Origin: an uncultured Candidatus Saccharibacteria bacterium
GTDB taxonomy: Bacteria > Patescibacteriota > Minisyncoccia > Phycocordibacterales > Phycocordibacteraceae
Assembly: GCA_964507275.1 (NCBI GenBank)
Contig: CAZDPG010000001.1
Coordinates: 20,958-84,957 of the forward strand
Length of the DNA: 64,000 nt
Reading direction: 5' to 3'
Under the pieces are notes generated by a model that saw only the letters and a program-made list of their open reading frames with translations, ran no database searches and was not told where the DNA came from. How positions within the stretch are numbered: position 1 is the first letter of the stretch; each line of letters starts with the position of its first letter. Made by a program: the position numbers and the translations under genes. This document shows, piece after piece, positions 10,646-19,123 of the stretch.

Positions 10646-11677
10646 ATGCGCGTCATATTCCTTGCACCGCATCTTCGAGTATCAGGAGGAGTGCGTATTC
10701 TTCTGACTTACGCATCGATGCTTGCTGGGCGTAATCATGAGGTTGTGGTGTGTGTGTTGAGCAGTAACCCCATACGACGATTTATAGCGAATGTCTTCCA
10801 GATTGGGCGGCCGCGGTGGGTGCGTGCTTTTCAAGCACATGTTATGCGAGTACCAGCCATGACTGCGGCGCATATCCCGTCGGCAGATGTGATTGTGGCG
10901 ACAACGTGGCAGACAGCTCTCGCGCTCTCAGTATTTCCAGCATCACATGGACGTCAGTTCTATCTCGTTCAGCATGACGAAGGGCTTTATCACGGTGACA
11001 GAGAGAAGGTAAACCGTGCTCTTCGATTGCCTCAGAAAAAGGTTGTCGTCTCGACCTGGCTCAGAGAGATAGTAAAGGATTCCCATGGACAGGACGCATT
11101 TGTCCTTGTTAATCCAGTTGATACCAGTCTATTTCATACGGTACCACGTACCGCATCAACGGACACCGTGCGTATACTGCTCTTACACCACACATATCCA
11201 TGGAAAGGGACGGCAGAAGGCGCTGCCCTCATAGAGAGGATGAGAGAGCGACATCCAGAAGTTAGGTTCATATTATTCGGAGTTCGGTCTAAGGAGAACA
11301 TTCCTTACGCGTATGACGAATATTATTACGATTTGCCACAAGGAAGATTGGCATCATTATATTCAAACATCGATATCTATTTGTGCCCTTCTTGGGAAGA
11401 AGGATTCGGACTACCTTCAGTCGAGGCTATGCATTGCGGCGCTGCGCTCGTGACCTACGACAACGGTGGTTCGCGAGATTATGCTATTGATGGGGAAACA
11501 GCATTCGTCGCTCCTCATCGCGATAGGGAAGCTCTTGTGGCGAAACTCGAGATGGCTATTACCGATAGTGTGTCACGCAAACGCATCGCCGAGCAGGGAA
11601 AGATTTTCGTTCAGAATATGCCGACGTGGGAAGAACAGACTGAGCAATTTGAACGTATTCTTGCGGGGGGAACTTAA
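10646..11677 (+). CDS. glycosyltransferase family 4
   Basis: 'EEGFGLPSVEAMHCGAALVTYDNGG' EX7E motif. Confidence 0.7.
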   Translation: MRVIFLAPHLRVSGGVRILLTYASMLAGRNHEVVVCVLSSNPIRRFIANVFQIGRPRWVRAFQAHVMRVPAMTAAHIPSADVIVATTWQTALALSVFPASHGRQFYLVQHDEGLYHGDREKVNRALRLPQKKVVVSTWLREIVKDSHGQDAFVLVNPVDTSLFHTVPRTASTDTVRILLLHHTYPWKGTAEGAALIERMRERHPEVRFILFGVRSKENIPYAYDEYYYDLPQGRLASLYSNIDIYLCPSWEEGFGLPSVEAMHCGAALVTYDNGGSRDYAIDGETAFVAPHRDREALVAKLEMAITDSVSRKRIAEQGKIFVQNMPTWEEQTEQFERILAGGT

Positions 11678-11679
11678 AT

Positions 11680-12546
11680 ATGCCCGCCGTATCCGTAATC
11701 ATCCCGACTCATAATCGTCCCGAGCTTCTGAAGCAGGCGATACTCTCTGTGCTGCGACAGACTTTTACGGATTTTGAAGTGATTGTGATTGATGATGGCG
11801 ACCGCGAGGCAGGGACTGAGACCGTTGTCAGTTCATTCAATGATTCGCGTATTCGATACATTGCCCAAGAGAATCCGCATAGCGGAGCACCCTCCGCGCG
11901 TAATCGTGGTGCGAAGGAATCATCCGCCGAGCTTCTTGCCTTTCTCGACGACGATGATGAATGGCTCCCGCATAAGCTTGAGCGACAGGTCAAGGGAATG
12001 AAGGAAGCATCTGCTGACATCTTTTTCTGCTTCTCCTCAGTTATTATGTCCTATGATGGCAAGGAATCGTTGAACTGTGTTGAAGATGGGATGGGTGATT
12101 TCGCAGAGAGAGCACTGCGACGTTTCAGCGGCACGATGACCAGTAGCATTGTAGTGCGTCGTGGAGCATTTCTTAGTGTGGGCGGATTTGACGAGGCTTT
12201 CCCGAGTCATCAGGAAGCAGAGTTCATGATACGGTTGGCAGAGCGCTATCAAGGGCTCGGAATCTCGGAGCCGCTCGTGCGCATGGGAGTATCTGCGCGT
12301 CGCGACCATATTGGTGGCGACCTTTCTCGACGCATTCGCGGACGAGAGATGCTTCTCAATAAGCATGCACTCCGTTATGCATCGCATCCGTATCTACTCG
12401 CACAACACCTCCTCTGGCTTGCATTCATGTATCGTGACGCAGGACGCATAAAAGAAGCTGTTGCCGCAGCGCAGCGGGCATGGGTACTTCATCGCCGCCC
12501 TTCATACCTTATTCGATACTTAATGCTCCGTTTCTTGCGCCGATAA
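11680..12546 (+). CDS. glycosyltransferase family 2
   Basis: N-terminal 'VSVIIPTHNRPELLKQAILSVLRQTF...VIVIDDGDRE' GT2 (GT-A fold, DxD) signature. Confidence 0.7.
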   Translation: MPAVSVIIPTHNRPELLKQAILSVLRQTFTDFEVIVIDDGDREAGTETVVSSFNDSRIRYIAQENPHSGAPSARNRGAKESSAELLAFLDDDDEWLPHKLERQVKGMKEASADIFFCFSSVIMSYDGKESLNCVEDGMGDFAERALRRFSGTMTSSIVVRRGAFLSVGGFDEAFPSHQEAEFMIRLAERYQGLGISEPLVRMGVSARRDHIGGDLSRRIRGREMLLNKHALRYASHPYLLAQHLLWLAFMYRDAGRIKEAVAAAQRAWVLHRRPSYLIRYLMLRFLRR

Positions 12547-12559
12547 TGAATCGCGGTGT

Positions 12560-13321
12560 CTACGATTTCTTCCTGGCAATAAATAGCGGCTCGGTCAGAT
12601 TAAGTGCATAGTATTGAATCTCTTCAGGTGTGGCGATCGAAGTGGGAAGTGCTTCGCTAACTGCAAAACCGCTCTTTTCAAGGCGTGATTTGAAATCGGT
12701 ACCATATATCCGCACATGATCCGATTGCCCGAATATCCGTTCGCGGTCTGTCGGCGCGGTGACGCTCGGGTCCTCGAATGTTTCCGCAATCGTGGGAGAG
12801 AAGGGGACCGCTACTACAAGCACCCCTCCTGGCTTGAGGACTCGAAAGAACTCGCGCATTGCTTTCAAATCATCCGGGACATGTTCGAGAACGTGACTGC
12901 ACACGATTGTTTCGAATTCACTATCCCCAAAAGGTATGTTTTGAACGTCTGCCTTTATTTTTGCCCGTGAAGATTCTATATCGAGACTGAAATAATTATT
13001 AGCCCCGTATGCCTTCAAGAGGATTTCTTGGAGTTTGCGTTCGGGTGCAATATGAAGGATACGTCCTTGACCGAAACGGGAATGCTCGCGCGTAAGGAAA
13101 ATGTATATGAATCGTTCCCGGCTTGATGAATTGCATCGCGGGCATCGTACATTTTCGCGTCTTCCGGCACCGATTATCTTCATTTGTGCGAGAACTGGTA
13201 GATCAAATCCGGCTGCATAGAATCGACGTGCTCGCCAATGGCAGAGCGGGCACTTATATGAAAATCCGTACGTCTTGAGAAGTCCGTAAAAACGTCGGAG
13301 TCGTAGGAATAAAGAAGACAT
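12560..13321 (-). CDS. class I SAM-dependent methyltransferase with N-terminal Cys4 zinc ribbon
   Basis: 'CPLC...CPRC' pairs at N-terminus, then '[30 protein letters not shown]' MTase motifs. Confidence 0.55.
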   Translation of the reverse strand: MSSLFLRLRRFYGLLKTYGFSYKCPLCHWRARRFYAAGFDLPVLAQMKIIGAGRRENVRCPRCNSSSRERFIYIFLTREHSRFGQGRILHIAPERKLQEILLKAYGANNYFSLDIESSRAKIKADVQNIPFGDSEFETIVCSHVLEHVPDDLKAMREFFRVLKPGGVLVVAVPFSPTIAETFEDPSVTAPTDRERIFGQSDHVRIYGTDFKSRLEKSGFAVSEALPTSIATPEEIQYYALNLTEPLFIARKKS

Positions 13322-13334
13322 GATTAGTGTTGTA

Positions 13335-14600
13335 TCACAATGTTTGGTTTCGGTGAATCTGCGGTACTGAAGCTGTTGCGCGATAGAAGAAGTATCGCGT
13401 GACGAGGATAGCGATGATGTTCTGGGTCAGTATCGCCGCGACGGCACCCCAGCCGCCGAAGAGCGGGATGAGTACGGCGAGCAGGCAAATCTTAACGGCG
13501 GTATTTATAGTGTTGAGGGTATACATCGCTTTCGTCTGGCGCATCGTTATGAGCGCGATGCCATAGAATTTTTCCGAATAGAGAGCGGCGGAAAGCATGA
13601 GTACCTGCGCAAATGGGACGGCAGCGGAATAGTTGGGAAACAGGAGTTGATAGAGCCACGGGAGTGCGATGATTGCAGTCGCGATGAGCGGAATCAGGAG
13701 GAGAAGGGTCTGATGCGCGCGGCGCGGGACGGTGTAGCGGAGCTGGTCAGGCGTCTGTGTCGCGAATTTTTGTTGCACGAGGTTGAGTATGGTTTTTATT
13801 AGGGATTGGAACGGGCTCACGGTCGCGAGCGCGAAGGCATAGAGCGCGAGTGTCTGGGCCGTGGCAGTGTGCCAGAGGAGGAACATGTCGACGTTGCCGG
13901 CGATGATGCCGAGTACAGCGACGGCGCTCATATGCATTCCGAACCGGAGATTCTCTAGAGAGACGGTCGTATTCTCGATGAATTGGCGGCTGACGAGGAA
14001 CGTGATGAGTCGTCCGATAAGCGTCGCGCCGAGATACGCGCCGATAATCCATAGGGGATTTCTTGTGAGGACGATAGCTGCTATGACTGCGGTCGCGGAT
14101 AAGAGAGAGGTGAGTATTGTCTGTCGGGCAGCGACATCGAAGCGCTTTTTCCCGATGAGTACTGCCTGAGCCGCCGAGAGGCTTTCCATCACAGGAATCG
14201 CACATGCGGCAATGGTGAATGCCCACCCAAGCACGTTCTCGTGGTTGAAGAAATAGTATCCGCCCAGGCACAGTCCCCCTGCGGTGCTGAGGAGACCGAA
14301 GGAAAACTTCCGCCGCATTGCGGCCCATGCGGTGCCATCGGCATGCTGCGCGATGGCTTGCACCACAACCGTGTTCAGTCCGGAGAGCGTCGGTATGGAG
14401 AGAAGGGCGATGGTGGCGAGCACGTACTTGTAAGTGCCGTACGCGTCTTGGGGAAGATAGTTCGCGAAGGCATATGCCGTGGCGAGACCCATAAACGTGC
14501 CGAAAACCTGCCCGATACCAGTCCAACCGCCGCTTTTGATGAGATAGGATAGGTCGGTGTCGAGCCAACGGACGAACCATCGAGGAAACAATTTCTGCAT
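13335..14600 (-). CDS. polysaccharide biosynthesis protein / oligosaccharide flippase (Wzx-like, MOP superfamily)
   Basis: 421 aa and hydrophobic throughout with about 12 predicted TM helices; located at the end of the glycan operon on the opposite strand. Confidence 0.55.
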   Translation of the reverse strand: MQKLFPRWFVRWLDTDLSYLIKSGGWTGIGQVFGTFMGLATAYAFANYLPQDAYGTYKYVLATIALLSIPTLSGLNTVVVQAIAQHADGTAWAAMRRKFSFGLLSTAGGLCLGGYYFFNHENVLGWAFTIAACAIPVMESLSAAQAVLIGKKRFDVAARQTILTSLLSATAVIAAIVLTRNPLWIIGAYLGATLIGRLITFLVSRQFIENTTVSLENLRFGMHMSAVAVLGIIAGNVDMFLLWHTATAQTLALYAFALATVSPFQSLIKTILNLVQQKFATQTPDQLRYTVPRRAHQTLLLLIPLIATAIIALPWLYQLLFPNYSAAVPFAQVLMLSAALYSEKFYGIALITMRQTKAMYTLNTINTAVKICLLAVLIPLFGGWGAVAAILTQNIIAILVTRYFFYRATASVPQIHRNQTL

Positions 14601-14703
14601 ATCCCTATCATAACGCGAGAAGGCGGGAGGAGTGTGCGTATGGCCAGTTTGAATTACGAGGTATACTAGGAGTATTACACAATAAGTACTTCGAGAAATC
14701 CAT

Positions 14704-15459
14704 ATGAAGAAATATACCTATGCCGCAGGAACGTTCGCACTCGCACTCCTCTTGGGTGGGGTGCCGTCTGCTGTGTTTGCAGAAGAAGGTGCCAGAGGAG
14801 ATGGCGACGCTGCCGTTCAGGCGCGTAGAGAGGGGCAGGGAGTAGAAGTTTCGGCAGTTACCGCCGTCCGCGTCGATGAGACCGAAGGCCGTGCGGAAGT
14901 GCGAATGAATGACGATGATGACACATGGGAAATCGATCTCGAGGATGACGACGATTCAGCATTCTCGCTTGATGATCTGAAGCAGAGGATCGAGAAGCGC
15001 AAGCACGAGCTCGACGATGAAGAAGCGAGCACGACGCCGGACTCGCGGAGGGACGCTATAAAGAACGCGAACCCGGTCCGTCTCGCCGTCCATTCGCTCC
15101 TTGCTTCCAAGGATCTTCTTGGTGGTATCGGGCAGCAGGTATCGGTAATCGCACGCGAGATGAATGACTCGGTCGCATCGACGACGGCCGCTGAAGCGAA
15201 AGCACAATCGCGCGGATTTCTCACACGCCTCTTCTTTGGTGGCGACCGTACTGCAGCGGATGTAATCGCCAAGGAGGTTGCCGAGAATAATCAACGCATC
15301 GCCGATCTCGAGGGTCTTCTCGGGGAAGCAGGGGTCGCGGCAGATGTACAGGTGACGCTTTCGGCACAGATAGATGCACTCAAGGATGCGCAGATGCGCC
15401 TTGAAGCGCTCGCACAGAGAGAACAGAAACTCTGGGGACTCTTCAGTTGGAGGTTCTAG
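14704..15459 (+). CDS. secreted acidic coiled-coil hypothetical protein
   Basis: N-terminal signal peptide 'MKKYTYAAGTFALALLLGGVPSAVFA', then D/E-rich and coiled-coil segments. Confidence 0.4.
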   Translation: MKKYTYAAGTFALALLLGGVPSAVFAEEGARGDGDAAVQARREGQGVEVSAVTAVRVDETEGRAEVRMNDDDDTWEIDLEDDDDSAFSLDDLKQRIEKRKHELDDEEASTTPDSRRDAIKNANPVRLAVHSLLASKDLLGGIGQQVSVIAREMNDSVASTTAAEAKAQSRGFLTRLFFGGDRTAADVIAKEVAENNQRIADLEGLLGEAGVAADVQVTLSAQIDALKDAQMRLEALAQREQKLWGLFSWRF

Positions 15460-15480
15460 TCAGGGAGCCTAGGCAGATCG

Positions 15481-15512
15481 AGAGAAACCCCGCGAGAAGC
15501 GGGGTTTCTCAT
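15481..15512 (+). terminator. rho-independent terminator
   Basis: 'gagaaaccccgc gaga agcggggtttctc' GC-rich hairpin followed by 'atta' just after the 14704 gene stop. Confidence 0.55.
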
Positions 15513-15514
15513 TA

Positions 15515-17743
15515 GTGGCCTATGGTATAGTTCTCTCCATCATGCAGAGCGAAGAGGCAGGGAAACGGCCCACTGATACCGCGCGACAGATAGCCCGCTT
15601 CGCGGCACTCGGGGCGCTTTTCCTCATCCCGCTTACGCCACTCATCGTCACGGGCTCGTTCTTCTTCCCCTTCATCACTGGCAAGGCGTTCTTCCTCCGT
15701 ATCCTCATCGAGATAGCCGTATGCGCGTGGGTAGTGCTCGCCCTACTTGATAGGGCCTACCGCCCGCGCCTTTCGATGATTGGTGCGGCGGTCGTCGCCT
15801 TCGTTCTCTGGATGTTCGTCGCCGATGCGTTCGCGCTAAATGCCGCGAAAGCATTCTGGAGTAACTTCGAACGCATGGAGGGGTGGGTTCTTCTCGCCCA
15901 TCTCCTCGGGTTCTTCTTTGCAGCGAGCTCTGTGTTGCGTGTCGAAAAGCGGTGGCGGGCATGGTTCCTCACGTCACTCGGCGTCTCTGCCGTCATAGCC
16001 GCCTATGCCTTCCTGCAGCTCGCTGGTGTATTTGCGATACACCAGGGTTCCACGCGCGCCGATGCTTCGCTCGGCAATTCCGCATATCTCGCGATCTATC
16101 TTCTCTTCAACGCGTGTGTCGCACTCTGGCTCGCGCTTACGGAAAAGCGAGTGTGGCTCACTTGGGCGCTCGGCATCCTTGCCGTACTCGAAGCAATACT
16201 CATTTTCTTCACCGAGACACGCGGCACGATCATAGCGCTCGTCCTCTCGCTCACGCTTGCGGCGGCTCTCACTGCTTTCACTGCAGGGAAGCGGGCACGG
16301 CAGGTAGCTATCGCCGTGCTGGCGCTTGTCATACTCCTTGCTGGCAGTTTCTACGTCGCGCGGAACTCCTCATTCGTGCAGGATAATCACGTGCTGCAGC
16401 GCATCGCCTCCATCTCGCTCGCGGATGGCCAGACGCGCTTCACGATCTGGGGCATGGCATTCGAGGGGGTTCGCGAGCGCCCGCTTATCGGGTGGGGACA
16501 GGAGGGGTTCAATTACATATTCAATAAGTACTATGATCCTTCGCTTCATAGCCAGGAGCCATGGTTCGATCGTGCACACAACGCATTCATCGATTGGCTC
16601 ACGGCTGGCGGCATCCCGGCGTTCCTCCTCTACCTCTCACTCTTCGGAACGGCGTTCCTCATGCTCTGGAGGAGTTCGGAACTCTCACGGCCGGAGCGTA
16701 TCGCGCTCACGGCGGCGCTTGTCGGATATGCCGTGCATAATCTCTTCGTCTTCGACAATCTCTCCTCCTATATATACTTCTTCGCATTACTCGCGCTTAT
16801 CGATTCGCAAGTTGCGCGGGAGGTGGGGCGGATGGAGGAGGCCCCGGTCATGTCTCCTGAGGATGGTGCGACCTATGCACTCCCCATTGCCGCTGCCGCC
16901 GCACTCACCCTCATCTGGTTGGTGAACGTCTCGGGCATGCGCGCCGCAAGTGGGCTCATCGAGGCGCTTTCGCCTGCTCCAGCTGGCATCAGCGCGAATG
17001 TCGCCGCGTTTGAGGCGATTGCCGCGCACCCGTCATTCGCCAAGCAGGAAGTGCGCGAACAGCTGGTGAGCTTCGCTTCGGCGATTGTCCAGAGCTCCTC
17101 TCAGGCGACCATGGATGAGAAACAACGCATCGTATCACTTGCCGTGAGAGAGATGCAGAAGCAGGTTGCAGCGTATCCGCTCGATGCACGTGAGCGTCTC
17201 CAGCTTTCCTATGCGTATCGCACCTCTGGAGACGGCGAGCTAGCGAAGCGAGAAATAGAGGCTGCAGCACGATTGTCTCCTCGGAAGGAGCAGATACTGA
17301 TTGAGAAGGGTTCGATCGAGTGGGATATGGGTGACCTGCAATCCGCTCGGGAAGATTTCAATGCTGCCTACGCGCTCGGGCCGCAATTCCTCGATCTTGC
17401 CGCATATGCGGCAGCCGGGAATATCGCGGCGGGCGATACTGCGGCATCCGATACAATCCTGCTCGCCGCATACGGCACGACGACGGTCGACAGCGATATT
17501 CTCGCTTTCGCGTACTATCAGGCCAAGAGCTGGCAGCGACTTATCGATATATGGAAACTGCGCACAACTCGCCCCGAGCGGGGGGCACAAGCATGGTTCG
17601 GTCTCGCTGCTGCGTACTATGCCGCTGGCGATTCGACGAGCGCGGTGAAGACAATCACCGAGGCGGTCAAGCGATACCCGGAAACGGCAGCGTCCGGTGC
17701 CTCAGCAATCACCCAGATACGTGAGGGTGCGGCTGGCAAATGA
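15515..17743 (+). CDS. O-antigen ligase (Wzy_C)-domain membrane protein with C-terminal TPR repeats
   Basis: Polytopic N-terminal half with 'ETRGTIIALVLSL' and 'WGMAFEGVRERPLIGWGQEGFN' O-antigen-ligase-like loops; Ala-rich TPR-like C-terminus; 4-nt overlap with murB. Confidence 0.6.
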   Translation: MAYGIVLSIMQSEEAGKRPTDTARQIARFAALGALFLIPLTPLIVTGSFFFPFITGKAFFLRILIEIAVCAWVVLALLDRAYRPRLSMIGAAVVAFVLWMFVADAFALNAAKAFWSNFERMEGWVLLAHLLGFFFAASSVLRVEKRWRAWFLTSLGVSAVIAAYAFLQLAGVFAIHQGSTRADASLGNSAYLAIYLLFNACVALWLALTEKRVWLTWALGILAVLEAILIFFTETRGTIIALVLSLTLAAALTAFTAGKRARQVAIAVLALVILLAGSFYVARNSSFVQDNHVLQRIASISLADGQTRFTIWGMAFEGVRERPLIGWGQEGFNYIFNKYYDPSLHSQEPWFDRAHNAFIDWLTAGGIPAFLLYLSLFGTAFLMLWRSSELSRPERIALTAALVGYAVHNLFVFDNLSSYIYFFALLALIDSQVAREVGRMEEAPVMSPEDGATYALPIAAAAALTLIWLVNVSGMRAASGLIEALSPAPAGISANVAAFEAIAAHPSFAKQEVREQLVSFASAIVQSSSQATMDEKQRIVSLAVREMQKQVAAYPLDARERLQLSYAYRTSGDGELAKREIEAAARLSPRKEQILIEKGSIEWDMGDLQSAREDFNAAYALGPQFLDLAAYAAAGNIAAGDTAASDTILLAAYGTTTVDSDILAFAYYQAKSWQRLIDIWKLRTTRPERGAQAWFGLAAAYYAAGDSTSAVKTITEAVKRYPETAASGASAITQIREGAAGK

Positions 17744-18756
17744 CACACGAGTTCAAGGAACAAGTCTCGCTCGCCTCATTCACGACATTTCATATCGGCG
17801 GTCCGGCGCGTCTCCTCGCCGAGATTCATACGGAAGAAGACCTGAAGACCTCGTTCGCGCTTGCGCGTGAACGCGGTCTTCCTCCGTTTGTGCTTGGTGC
17901 GGGGAGCAACGTGCTCGTGCCCGACGATGGCGTCGAGGGACTCGTCATTCGCATGCTCATCGACGGTATCTCATGTGAAGATCCCGAGCTGCTTGTCGCG
18001 GGCGCGGGCGCGCTCTGGGATGACGTGGTGGATGCCGCCGCCGCGCGAGAAATGTATGGCATCGAGAATCTTGCCGGCATCCCTGGTACACTCGGCGGCG
18101 CCGTCGTGCAGAACATCGGTGCGTACGGCGCGGAGCTGAAAGAGGTATTCGAATATGCCGACGCAATCGATAGTACGACCGGGGAGTCGCGGCGCATTCG
18201 GCGTGATGAAGCGACATTTGCATACCGCACGAGTCTATTCAAGGAACATCGGGAGCTCGTCATTACGAGAGTTGCGCTCCGGTTGAAGAGGCATTCCCTG
18301 CCGAACGTCGCGTACGCTGATCTTGCTCGTGCTCGGGAACTCGGCACGCCGCTTGCGACGCCGCACGAGATAGCACGTGCCGTGCGGAACATACGCGCTC
18401 TGAAATTTCCAGATAGCGCCCTTGAAGGGTCGGCAGGTTCGTTCTTTAAGAACCCGGTTATCTCGTCTGCACAGACAGAAGCGCTTCAGAAGCGCTTCCC
18501 GGGAGTACCGCTCTTCCTGCAGGGAGACGGACGGACGAAAGTATCGCTTGCGTGGCTCCTTGATCATGTGCTTTCGCTCAAGGGATATACAGAAGGCGCC
18601 GTGCGTTGCTACGAGAAGCAGCCGCTCGTCATCGTCGCTCGCTCCGGCGCGACCGCGCGCGAGGTGCACGCATTTGCGGATAGCATCGCTCTTCGCGTAC
18701 TCACTGAGGTCGGCATCGCGATTGAAAGGGAAGTGGAATCGTTTGGGACGAGATAA
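17740..18756 (+). CDS. murB: UDP-N-acetylmuramate dehydrogenase
   Basis: 'FTTFHIGGPARLL...VLGAGSNVLV' FAD-binding N-terminus and 'GSAGSFFKNP' substrate-domain motif. Confidence 0.85.
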   Translation: MTHEFKEQVSLASFTTFHIGGPARLLAEIHTEEDLKTSFALARERGLPPFVLGAGSNVLVPDDGVEGLVIRMLIDGISCEDPELLVAGAGALWDDVVDAAAAREMYGIENLAGIPGTLGGAVVQNIGAYGAELKEVFEYADAIDSTTGESRRIRRDEATFAYRTSLFKEHRELVITRVALRLKRHSLPNVAYADLARARELGTPLATPHEIARAVRNIRALKFPDSALEGSAGSFFKNPVISSAQTEALQKRFPGVPLFLQGDGRTKVSLAWLLDHVLSLKGYTEGAVRCYEKQPLVIVARSGATAREVHAFADSIALRVLTEVGIAIEREVESFGTR

Positions 18757-18795
18757 AATATTCTTACGAAAATTTTTTCGTAAGAATATTTTTTG
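18757..18795 (+). terminator. perfect 17-bp-arm palindrome plus T-run (terminator after murB)
   Basis: 'aatattcttacgaaaa|ttttttcgtaagaatatt' followed by 'ttttg'. Confidence 0.5.
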
Positions 18796-18804
18796 AAAGT
18801 TATC

Positions 18805-18895
18805 CACACATGAAAATTTTTTCGCACACAAAATATTTTTTACGCGCAATAATATCTTGTAGAAACGTTTGTGCATGAAAATTTTTTCAAGCGCG
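18805..18895 (+). promoter_or_regulatory. repeated 'atgaaaattttttc' A/T-rich motif (three related copies) upstream of small basic-protein ORF
   Basis: 'catgaaaattttttcgcacac' and 'gcatgaaaattttttcaagcg' about 60 nt apart, plus a related copy inside the upstream palindrome. Confidence 0.35.
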
Positions 18896-18938
18896 AACGG
18901 GTCGACTTATAAGTCATCATTTCTAATTCACAACCACC

Positions 18939-19034
18939 ATGGCCGCAAAGAAAAGAAAGGCAGTGAAGAAGACTGCAAAGAAGGCAGTCAAGAAAGTCGC
19001 GAAGAAGCGCAAAGCCGCTAAGAAGCGTTCCTAG
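18939..19034 (+). CDS. small lysine-rich basic protein (31 aa, histone H1-like / KAAKK-repeat)
   Basis: ATG..TAG ORF 'MAAKKRKAVKKTAKKAVKKVAKKRKAAKKRS', below the ORF-track size cutoff; own upstream motif and downstream hairpin. Confidence 0.45.
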   Translation: MAAKKRKAVKKTAKKAVKKVAKKRKAAKKRS

Positions 19035-19044
19035 TTTCAAAAAA

Positions 19045-19090
19045 GAAAGACACCGTTTGCCGAAAGGCGAGCGGTGTTTTTCTTTTTAGA
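19045..19090 (+). terminator. putative rho-independent terminator
   Basis: 'gacaccg...cggtgtc'-type stem followed by 'tttttctttttag'. Confidence 0.4.
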
Positions 19091-19123
19091 CTGAAATGAG
19101 TCGTCATGGTATAGTGCAGTGTC

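Noticed and set aside
13747-14580. 277-aa minus-strand ORF in an alternative frame inside the flippase gene
   Set aside because: Arg/His-rich and non-hydrophobic. The overlapping frame encodes a convincing 12-TM protein.
16326-17270. Several 90-200-aa ORFs (both strands) within the O-antigen-ligase/TPR gene
   Set aside because: Ser/Arg-rich alternative-frame translations without motifs. They are spurious in high-GC DNA.
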